A stretch of DNA of 64,000 nt from an uncultured bacterium. Its GTDB lineage: Bacteria > Patescibacteriota > Minisyncoccia > UBA6257 > UBA9933. Position 1 is the first letter of the stretch; each line of letters opens with the position of its first letter. This document shows positions 8,793-16,213 of this stretch, piece by piece. The position numbers and the translations under genes were made by a program. The stretch covers positions 2,915-66,914 of the forward strand of contig CAJVXI010000001.1 of the NCBI GenBank assembly GCA_913009635.1, read 5' to 3'. Below the pieces are notes generated by a model that did no database searches, had not been told where the DNA came from, and saw only the letters and a program-made list of their open reading frames with translations.

Positions 8793-9356
8793 TTATTTAT
8801 TGGTGGTTGTGTTGAAGAGCTGCGCTTGGGCAGATTGAAAGACCTTGTTAAAAATCGTGAGGTCTTTTTTTGTTATTTTTTTGAGTACAAACTCTCCGGC
8901 TTTCGCTCTTCGAGCTCTTGATACTTGTTTCGGCCTAATACCTATGCGTAAACGCCAGAAATTTTTTGTTTTCAAGGATTTAATTATTGACTCTATGCCT
9001 TTGTGTCCAGCTGAACCGCGTCCATAAGAAAATTTATATTTTTCTAATTCAATATCCGAATCATCATGAACAATTAATATTTCTTTAGGGTCAATTTTAT
9101 TATCTTTAGTGGAGAAATATTTTATTGCTGATAGTACTGCTTTTCCAGATTCATTCATAAAGACAGATGATTTTATGACATGAATTATGAATTGTGAATC
9201 ATGAATTTTGAATTTTGATGCAATAAATAATTTATGTTTTATATTCCAAGCTTCATGTTCTATGAGCCATGATAAAAAAAGTTGCCCCACGTTATGATAA
9301 GTTAAGATGTGTTGGAAATCGGGGTTCCCAAGGCCAATAATCAGCTTGATTTTCAT
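8793..9356 (-). CDS. pth: Peptidyl-tRNA hydrolase.
   Basis: 'IIGLGNPDFQHILTYHNVGQ' is the Pth N-terminal motif. Confidence 0.85.
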   Translation of the reverse strand: MKIKLIIGLGNPDFQHILTYHNVGQLFLSWLIEHEAWNIKHKLFIASKFKIHDSQFIIHVIKSSVFMNESGKAVLSAIKYFSTKDNKIDPKEILIVHDDSDIELEKYKFSYGRGSAGHKGIESIIKSLKTKNFWRLRIGIRPKQVSRARRAKAGEFVLKKITKKDLTIFNKVFQSAQAQLFNTTTNK

Positions 9357-9398
9357 ACAATTTAATTATATAGTATTTATGAAAATATATTAAATTTT

Positions 9399-9947
9399 AT
9401 GAAATCTTTTCTTTATTCAATTTGGGAGATTATTGAAGTTGTTTTAATAGCTATTATCACAGTAATTGTTGTTAGAAATTTTTTAATCCAGCCATTTTTA
9501 GTTAGTGGCGCGAGTATGGAGCCAAATTTTTCAAATGGAGATTATCTCTTGGTTGACGAGATTACTTATCGTTTTCGTAAGCCGCAGAGAGGAGAAGTTA
9601 TTGTTTTTTATTACCCCGGCGATGAAGTTACATATTATATTAAAAGAATTATAGGTCTTCCAGGCGAACGAATTAACATTAAAAACGGGCAGATTACGAT
9701 TTACAGTAATGATTATTCCAGTGAATTGGTTCTTGAAGAATATTATTTGCCGCTTGATATTAAAACTTCTGGAGATAAAGAAATTGCCATTAGTGATAAT
9801 GAGTATTTTGTTTTAGGAGATAATCGTTATTATAGTTTTGATTCGCGTAGTTGGGGTCCTCTTAATGAAGATGAAATTATTGGTTTAGTGCGTTTGCGCC
9901 TTTGGCCATTTAATAATGTGATGGCATTTGAGAAACCAGTTTATTAA
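9399..9947 (+). CDS. lepB: Signal peptidase I.
   Basis: The boxes 'GASMEPNF', 'YIKRIIGLPGERI' and 'VLGDNRYYSFDSRSWGP' are present. Confidence 0.85.
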   Translation: MKSFLYSIWEIIEVVLIAIITVIVVRNFLIQPFLVSGASMEPNFSNGDYLLVDEITYRFRKPQRGEVIVFYYPGDEVTYYIKRIIGLPGERINIKNGQITIYSNDYSSELVLEEYYLPLDIKTSGDKEIAISDNEYFVLGDNRYYSFDSRSWGPLNEDEIIGLVRLRLWPFNNVMAFEKPVY

Positions 9948-10077
9948 AAATTAAAAATGTAAATATCAAAATGGAAAATGACAATGTAAAATTTCAAAAT
10001 GAGTTAAAAAAACGGAAATAATTTCAATATTTTGATTTGTCATTTTGATTTTTGATTTTTTAATTTTACATTTTATT
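9948..10077. repeat. Repeat family A copy (palindromic 'aatgtaaaatttcaaaatgag...tgtcattttg' element).
   Basis: About 85% identical by eye to 3438-3572. Related copies are at 50571-50663, 54637-54746 and 59230-59339. Confidence 0.8.
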
Positions 10078-10131
10078 ATGTTTAAGCCTCAAAAAAAGAA
10101 AATTATTAAAAAAGCAAAGAATAAAAAGAAG

Positions 10132-11406
10132 ATGAAAAAGATGCTATTTCAGTCCCCAAAAGGCATGCATGATATTTTGCCAGAAGAACAGTCATATTGG
10201 GAAAAGATAAGAAAGGTCAGTCGAGAAATTGCTGATTTTTATAATTTTTCAAGAATTGACACTCCAATTTTAGAAACAGCAGAAATTTTTGAACGCTCTA
10301 TCGGAGAAACTACTGATATTGTTGAAAAGCAGATGTTTATTCTTAAAACTAAGAGCGGTGACCGTTTAGCGCTTAGACCGGAAGGCACAGCGCCAATTAT
10401 TAGAGCTTATCTTCAGCATGGTTTAAGTCGAACAGGGCATCCATTAAAACTTTATTATAATGGACCGATGTTTCGCTATGAAAAACCTCAAGCTGGCCGA
10501 TATCGTCAGTTTAATCAAATCGGTTTTGAGATTATTGGCAGTGACGACGATCCAATTTTTGACGCCCAAATAATTTTAGTTACCTACCAATTAATTAAAG
10601 AATTAAAAATTAAAGATTTAACTATTCAGATTAACAGTATTGGTTGTAAGAATTGTCGTTCAACTTACCAAAAAAAATTGCAAAATTATTATAATAAATT
10701 AGGATTAAATAAAATTTGCAAGGATTGCCAGCGTCGTTTGATGATTAATCCGCTGCGCCTACTTGATTGTAAAGATAAAAATTGTGAAGAATTTAAAGAG
10801 CAAGCACCGATTATTCTTGATAACCTTTGTAATTCTTGCAATAATCATTTTAAAGTAACTTTAGAATTTATTGACGAGCTTAAGCTTCCATACAATCTTA
10901 ATCCTACTTTAGTGCGTGGTTTGGATTACTACAATAAAACAGTTTTTGAAATATTTACCGAGGGCGTTGAAGTTGCCATAGCAAGCGGCGGCCGTTATGA
11001 TTATTTGACAGAAATGCTTGGTGGCCGCAAAATAGCGGCAGTTGGCAGTGGTTTGGGCATAGAGCGTATTGTCGAATTAATGAAAGACAGAGAGATTGTG
11101 GTTCCACCGGCAAAAAGCAAGCCAAAGGCCTTTTTAATTCATATCGGAGAACCGGCAAAAAAACAAAGCTTAGGTCTAATTGAGGAGTTTCGGAAAGGCG
11201 GAATTAAAATAATCGAATCGTTGGGAAGAGATTCACTTAAGTCACAGCTTCGTATAGCTGACAAGGAAAAAGTATTTTTTGCTTTGATTTTGGGGCAAAA
11301 AGAAGTTTTTGAAGAATCAATTATTATTAGAGATATGAGAAGTGGAGCTCAAGAGACAGTGCCAATAAGAAAGGCAGTGGAGGAGGTTAAAAGACGACTT
11401 AAGTAA
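10132..11406 (+). CDS. hisS: Histidine--tRNA ligase. The ORF opens at 10045 inside the repeat, so the likely start is 10132 or 10141.
   Basis: The sequence contains 'MHDILPEE', 'ALRPEGTAP' and the class II motifs. Confidence 0.9.
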   Translation: MKKMLFQSPKGMHDILPEEQSYWEKIRKVSREIADFYNFSRIDTPILETAEIFERSIGETTDIVEKQMFILKTKSGDRLALRPEGTAPIIRAYLQHGLSRTGHPLKLYYNGPMFRYEKPQAGRYRQFNQIGFEIIGSDDDPIFDAQIILVTYQLIKELKIKDLTIQINSIGCKNCRSTYQKKLQNYYNKLGLNKICKDCQRRLMINPLRLLDCKDKNCEEFKEQAPIILDNLCNSCNNHFKVTLEFIDELKLPYNLNPTLVRGLDYYNKTVFEIFTEGVEVAIASGGRYDYLTEMLGGRKIAAVGSGLGIERIVELMKDREIVVPPAKSKPKAFLIHIGEPAKKQSLGLIEEFRKGGIKIIESLGRDSLKSQLRIADKEKVFFALILGQKEVFEESIIIRDMRSGAQETVPIRKAVEEVKRRLK

Positions 11407-11504
11407 AGCTATAAATGTTATAATTGTTCTATCGTTTCGTTTGTTGTAATTGTTTCAACTAAAGCAATTATAACAGTTAGAACATTATAACATTATAACA
11501 TTTC

Positions 11505-11909
11505 ATGCCTTGTCTATTTTGTAAAATTATAAATAAAGAAATACAGGCAGATTTAATATATAATGATGATGACACTATTGGAATTTTAGATATTCATCCT
11601 GTAGCACCTGGACATACGATGATAATTCCAAAATTTCACAGCGAGAATATTTTGGACTTACCGGATGATAAAATTGGAGCAGTTTTTTCGGCGGTTAAAA
11701 AAATCACCGAAATTCTTGATAAATCTTTGAATCCCGATGGTTTTACTATAGGTATCAATCATGGTCGGGTAAGCGGACAAGCGGTTGATCATCTTCATAT
11801 CCATATTATTCCAAGATTTAAAAATGACAAAGGAGGGTCGATACATACCATAATTCATAATCCTCCTAAGGAGTCGTTGGAGGAAATAAAGAAGAAAATT
11901 AAAGCGTAA
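11505..11909 (+). CDS. HIT family protein.
   Basis: The histidine triad 'VDHLHIHIIPR' is present. Confidence 0.85.
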   Translation: MPCLFCKIINKEIQADLIYNDDDTIGILDIHPVAPGHTMIIPKFHSENILDLPDDKIGAVFSAVKKITEILDKSLNPDGFTIGINHGRVSGQAVDHLHIHIIPRFKNDKGGSIHTIIHNPPKESLEEIKKKIKA

Positions 11910-12112
11910 TGTCAATATACGAATGCGTACTAATGATACGAATAAATAAATACTAATATATGATGCCAATATACTAATGGATACTAATGATACGAATAAA
12001 TACTAATTCAATTCGTATGTATTAGTATAATTAGTATGAATTCGTATATTAGCATTTCACATAAGTATAATTAGCATGAATTAGTATATTAGTATTTCAT
12101 TAAGCGAAGCGT
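11904..12112. repeat. Repeat family C copy, long form. It contains the HIT stop codon and abuts the rpsU ATG.
   Basis: The element runs 'gcgtaatgycaatatacgaatgcgtactaatgatacg ... cattaagcgaagcg' and has imperfect TIRs. Confidence 0.85.
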
Positions 12113-12322
12113 ATGGAATTAAAACGTAAACAAGGAGAACAAATAAGTTCGTTTTTATACCGCTTTTCTAAAAAAATTCAGCAAAGCGGAATTTTACGCG
12201 AAGCAAAAAAACGTCGGCATAAGGATCGTTCGACGTCTAAAAGACAAAAACGGCTTTCAGCCATTTATCGAGTTAAGAAGAAAAAAGAAGTGGAAAAGGC
12301 GAAGAAAATGGGAACACTATAA
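12113..12322 (+). CDS. rpsU: 30S ribosomal protein S21.
   Basis: The pattern 'LYRFSKKIQQSGILREAKKRRHKDRSTSKRQKR' resembles S21 (RRFKR..GIL.E.RRR..Y). Confidence 0.6.
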   Translation: MELKRKQGEQISSFLYRFSKKIQQSGILREAKKRRHKDRSTSKRQKRLSAIYRVKKKKEVEKAKKMGTL

Positions 12323-12410
12323 TTAGCCACTAGCGACTAGCCACTAGTGAATTAGTGTTGAAATAAAATTTCCTAGTGGCTAAACCCTAGTGGCTAGTGG
12401 TTTTATTTAT
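12323..12410. repeat. Repeat family B copy ('ccactagtgattag...ccctagtggctaaaccctagtggct' palindrome).
   Basis: Other copies are at 20461-20561, 47566-47656, 51937-52022 and 55596-55686. Confidence 0.85.
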
Positions 12411-12872
12411 ATGTCTCTTTTAGAAACCATCAGAGATAATTTAAAAACGGCTATAAAAGAAAAACAGGAATTTAAAACTGGTGTTTTAAGATTGCTTAAC
12501 GCGATTTTCCAAAATAAAGAAATTGAGAAAAAAGGCAAAGGACTGGAAATTGAATTATTAGATGAGGAAGTTGTTGAAATTTTAAGCCGTGAAGCTAAAA
12601 AAAGAAAAGAAGCGATTGAAATGTACAAACAAGGAAGCCGTGATGATTTAGCTCAAAAAGAAAACAATGAATTAGAAATTATTAATAAATATTTGCCAGA
12701 ACAGTTAAGCAAAGAAGAAATCGAAAAAATCGTAGTAAAAGCTATTGAAAAAATTGGCGTCAAAGATTCTAAAGATTTTGGCAAGGCAATGGGTGAATCA
12801 ATGAAAGAATTAAAAGGGCAAGCTGATGCTAAAATAGTAAGTGAGATAGTGAAGAAATTGTTAAATGGTTAA
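12411..12872 (+). CDS. GatB/YqeY domain protein.
   Basis: The full-length YqeY pattern is present ('LKTAIKEKQE..LLNAI....IEKKGKG...DEEVV.IL'). Confidence 0.8.
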   Translation: MSLLETIRDNLKTAIKEKQEFKTGVLRLLNAIFQNKEIEKKGKGLEIELLDEEVVEILSREAKKRKEAIEMYKQGSRDDLAQKENNELEIINKYLPEQLSKEEIEKIVVKAIEKIGVKDSKDFGKAMGESMKELKGQADAKIVSEIVKKLLNG

Positions 12873-12888
12873 TTGTTAGATTGTTAAT

Positions 12889-13446
12889 ATGACGAATAAA
12901 ATATTGGTTGTGAGCTTAGAAAAAGGATTTGAAAAATTTGAGAAAGAAATAAAAAAAACAGTATTTAAAGCGTTAAGAATTTTAAAAAAGAAAAACGTTT
13001 CAGTGGAGATTTATTTGGTTGGAAGCCCAAAAATGCGGTTTTTAAACAAAAAATTTCGTGGTAAAGATAAAACAGCTGATATATTAAGTTTTGAAGAGCC
13101 CAAAAATGGCTTTATTTATCCTTCGTCATCTGCCACTGGCGGAGGCGAATCAAAATTTAAGAGAATTGGTGAAATATACCTCAATCTTGATATATCGCAG
13201 ATAAACGTAGATGAAACGCAGATAAATCCCCCACATATAAATATATGTGGGATAAACGCAAATAAAAAAATCAGCGAAAATCTGCGTAAAAATCTGCGTG
13301 GATCAGTACTTTTAGTGCATGGCTTGCTTCATCTTTTTGGCTATCATCATAATAAGAAAAATGATAAAATTAGAATGGATAAAGCGGAGCAGAAATTACT
13401 CCTTCAAATTACAGATTCCAAACACCAAGCACCAAATAACAAATAA
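12889..13446 (+). CDS. ybeY: rRNA maturation endoribonuclease YbeY carrying an in-frame ~105-bp palindromic insertion. Its C-terminal codons come from a repeat family E copy.
   Basis: The zinc motif 'VHGLLHLFGYHH' is present. The insertion at 13196-13301 encodes 'ISQINVDETQINPPHINICGINANKKISENLRKNLRG', which is not part of the conserved YbeY fold. Confidence 0.7.
   Translation: MTNKILVVSLEKGFEKFEKEIKKTVFKALRILKKKNVSVEIYLVGSPKMRFLNKKFRGKDKTADILSFEEPKNGFIYPSSSATGGGESKFKRIGEIYLNLDISQINVDETQINPPHINICGINANKKISENLRKNLRGSVLLVHGLLHLFGYHHNKKNDKIRMDKAEQKLLLQITDSKHQAPNNK
13196..13301. repeat. Palindromic mini-element (family F, 'acgcagataaa' units around 'cccccacatataaatatatgtggg') inserted in-frame in ybeY.
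   Basis: Left arm 'acgcagataaa' x2 and right arm 'aaatctgcgt' x2. A related unit sits in secF at 20698-20748. Confidence 0.75.
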
Positions 13447-13576
13447 GCACCAAATTCTAATTCGCCAGCTGGCGAACTAAACACGAGTTTCGATAATTGG
13501 AATTTCGGTCATTGAAATTTACCCCTCAGTCCTGAAATTCTCGGGGTTGAAGGATTTGTGATTTGGAATTTGTTAT
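13412..13576. repeat. Repeat family E copy ('caccaagcaccaaataacaaataa ... cgccagctggcg ... acccctcagtcctgaaattctcggggt').
   Basis: Its reverse complement is at 26602-26778. A 5' fragment forms the end of the ORF at 1196-1247. Confidence 0.85.
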
Positions 13577-14815
13577 TTGGGATTTAGTATTATGTACATC
13601 ACTGCCTTAGATATTGGATCAGCTCAAATTAAGACATTGGTAGCTGAAGTTCAGAAGAATGGACAATTAGCTATAATAAATGTTTTTAAAACACCTTCAG
13701 AAGGAATTCGCAAAGGCGAGGTTATTGATATTGAAGACGCTACTCGTTCAATAAATTCTTCTTTAGCAGAAGTAAAACATTTTAATAAATCCGCGCTTAA
13801 AAATATTTTTGTTAATATTGGTGGAAGTAATGTAAAAATTCATAACTCACGTGGAATTATTGCTGTTTCCAGAGCTGATAATGAAATTAGTCAGGATGAT
13901 ATTGATAGAGTTATTAAGGCATCTCAAGCGATTAATCTTTCTCCAAATAGAATGATTCTTCATACTCTTGCTCGTGAGTTTATTATTGATAATATCAGTA
14001 ACATTAAAGAACCGTTAGGAATGATAGGAACTCGTTTAGAGGTAAATACTTTAATTATTGATGCTTTTTCTCCAGCTGTTAAAAATCTTATTAAATGTAT
14101 TGAAACCGCTGGCGGTAATTTGGGCGGTTTAATTTATGGTCCTTTAGCTGCTGCTCGTTCAGTTTTGACAAAGAATCAAAAAATATTAGGCTCAATTTTA
14201 GTGGATATTGGTTTTGGCACTACCGGTATGGCTGTTTATGAAGATAATAAACTTTTGAATGCTTCTGTTTTTCCTGTTGGTACCGGCAATATTACCAATG
14301 ATTTAGCAATTGGATTAAAATGTTCAATTAAAACAGCTGAAAAGGTAAAACTTTCTTTTGGTTCTGCTTTAGCAAGAGAAGTTCCCAGTAAAGAAAAAGT
14401 TGATATGTATGAAATAGACGAAACTATTAAAGCGTCTCCGAGTCGTAAATTTATTTCTGAAATTATTGAAGTTCGTTTGGCTGAGGTTTTTGAATTTATT
14501 AATAACGAGTTAAAATTTATTGGTAAAATGAGACAGTTGCCGGCAGGCATTGTTCTATGCGGCAGTGGCGCTAAAATGCCTGGAATTGCTGAGTTGGCGA
14601 AACGAGAATTAAAACTGCATGTTCAAATTGGTATTCCTGAGACAGATGTTTTAGAATTAACTAATGCCGAATTCAGCAGTCAGATTGAAGATCCGGAATT
14701 TGCTACTGCGGTTGGACTGTTATTGTGGGGCAATGATCAACTTGCCAGGGATAGTAATTGGCTTCCGATAAAAAAGTTTTCAATAATAAATATTTTAAAA
14801 CATTTCAAACCCTAG
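13577..14815 (+). CDS. ftsA: Cell division protein FtsA. The start may be at 13592.
   Basis: 'ALDIGSAQIKTLVAEV' is an actin-fold phosphate-1 motif. The gene is adjacent to ftsZ. Confidence 0.85.
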   Translation: MGFSIMYITALDIGSAQIKTLVAEVQKNGQLAIINVFKTPSEGIRKGEVIDIEDATRSINSSLAEVKHFNKSALKNIFVNIGGSNVKIHNSRGIIAVSRADNEISQDDIDRVIKASQAINLSPNRMILHTLAREFIIDNISNIKEPLGMIGTRLEVNTLIIDAFSPAVKNLIKCIETAGGNLGGLIYGPLAAARSVLTKNQKILGSILVDIGFGTTGMAVYEDNKLLNASVFPVGTGNITNDLAIGLKCSIKTAEKVKLSFGSALAREVPSKEKVDMYEIDETIKASPSRKFISEIIEVRLAEVFEFINNELKFIGKMRQLPAGIVLCGSGAKMPGIAELAKRELKLHVQIGIPETDVLELTNAEFSSQIEDPEFATAVGLLLWGNDQLARDSNWLPIKKFSIINILKHFKP

Positions 14816-14940
14816 AGTAATCATTAATTAGCGAATAATTGTCTGTCCGCAATGCTTAAGCATAGCGATAGCAGGCGGACGAATATGGCGAATAATAAAT
14901 TTGTATATTCGCAGGAATTCGTCAATTCGCGAATACTTTT
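14816..14940. repeat. Repeat family D copy ('gagtaatcaytaattagcgaata...attcgcgaacact') that fills the ftsA-ftsZ gap.
   Basis: Other copies are at 16117-16213, 26215-26295 and 44752-44807. Confidence 0.85.
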
Positions 14941-16116
14941 ATGAAGCATAAAGAAGAAAAATATACTCTTGCCAGAATTAAAGTTATAGGCGTTGGCGGA
15001 GGAGGAAGCAACGCGATTACAAGAATGAATAAAGATTTTCCGCGCGCAGTTGATTTGATTGCGATTAATACGGACGTTCAAGATCTTAATTATTGTAACG
15101 CTAAAAAGAAAATTCATATTGGTCAAGAAGTTACTAAAGGATTAGGAGCAGGAATGAATCCTGATTTAGGGCGTCAGTCAGCCGAAGAGAATCGCTCTGA
15201 AATTGCGGATATACTCAAAGGAGCGGATATGGTTTTTATAACAGCGGGTTTTGGTGGCGGCACTGGAACTGGAGCTTCGCCGATAATTGCCGAAATAGCC
15301 AGAGATTTAGGAATTCTTACAATAGCTGTTGTTACTAAGCCGTTTAGTTTTGAGGGCTCTCAGCGAAATCAAATTGCTCAAGAAGGCATAATTAAGCTTA
15401 AAGACAAAGTTGATACTTTAATTGTTATTCCGAATGATAGAATTTTTTCTTTAATTGATAAAGATACTTCATTAATTAAAGCTTTTGAAAAGATTGATGA
15501 AGTTTTAAATAATTCAGTTAAGGGAATTACAGAATTAATAATGAATCCCGGCATTGTTAACGTAGATTTCGCCGATGTTAAAACAGTGATGGAAGAAGGC
15601 GGTTCCGCGGTTATCGGAATTGGTTTAGCTAGTGGTCAGGAAAGAGCCCTAAGCGCGGCCAATCAAGCTATTAATTCGCCTCTTTTAGAAACTTCTATTG
15701 ACGGCGCCAAAGGAGTTCTTTTTAGTATTTCCGGGCGTCGTGATTTAAAAATGAACGAGGTTAATGAAATTGCCAAATTAATTTCTGAGAACGTTGATTC
15801 AACTGCTAAAATAATTTTTGGAACATATAATGATAGAAGGATTAGAAAGGGGCAAATTAAAGTGACTCTTATTGCCACTGGATTTGATAATATTTTAAAA
15901 AATAATGATATCACCGGCTTATTTAGTTCAGTTAGCTTAGAAGAAGATTCTTCTCCGGCTACTGCTTCTTCTTTGTTGTCAGATAGCAAAAAAGAAGATA
16001 AAAATAAAGAGGAAAAAAGTAAAGAAATAAAAAAGAATAGTAAAATTGAACCAAAAAAGAAAACAGACGATATTTGGGACATACCGACGTTTTTGAGGAG
16101 AAGGAGAAAAAAATAA
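14941..16116 (+). CDS. ftsZ: Cell division GTPase FtsZ.
   Basis: '[10 protein letters not shown]' and '[10 protein letters not shown]' are tubulin signature motifs. Confidence 0.95.
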   Translation: MKHKEEKYTLARIKVIGVGGGGSNAITRMNKDFPRAVDLIAINTDVQDLNYCNAKKKIHIGQEVTKGLGAGMNPDLGRQSAEENRSEIADILKGADMVFITAGFGGGTGTGASPIIAEIARDLGILTIAVVTKPFSFEGSQRNQIAQEGIIKLKDKVDTLIVIPNDRIFSLIDKDTSLIKAFEKIDEVLNNSVKGITELIMNPGIVNVDFADVKTVMEEGGSAVIGIGLASGQERALSAANQAINSPLLETSIDGAKGVLFSISGRRDLKMNEVNEIAKLISENVDSTAKIIFGTYNDRRIRKGQIKVTLIATGFDNILKNNDITGLFSSVSLEEDSSPATASSLLSDSKKEDKNKEEKSKEIKKNSKIEPKKKTDDIWDIPTFLRRRRKK

Positions 16117-16213
16117 GAGTAATCGCTAATTAGCGAATACTTGCGAATATACAAATCGTGAATAAATTATTCGCTATATTCGCAGGAATTTGCTAATTCG
16201 TGAACACTCCTTT
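16117..16213. repeat. Repeat family D copy that fills the ftsZ-nrdJ gap.
   Basis: It starts at the ftsZ stop and ends 'ttcgtgaacactcctttATG'. Confidence 0.85.

Noticed and set aside
11658-11969. 103-aa minus-strand ORF overlapping the HIT gene and repeat C
   Set aside because: It overlaps a confident + CDS and reads through a repeat, so it is a likely artefact.
12113-12322. Alternative reading of the S21 call as a generic basic peptide
   Set aside because: It was not rejected outright. The RFK/GIL/RRR/YEKP-like spacing supports S21, but confidence was lowered because the protein is small and lysine-rich in an AT-rich genome.
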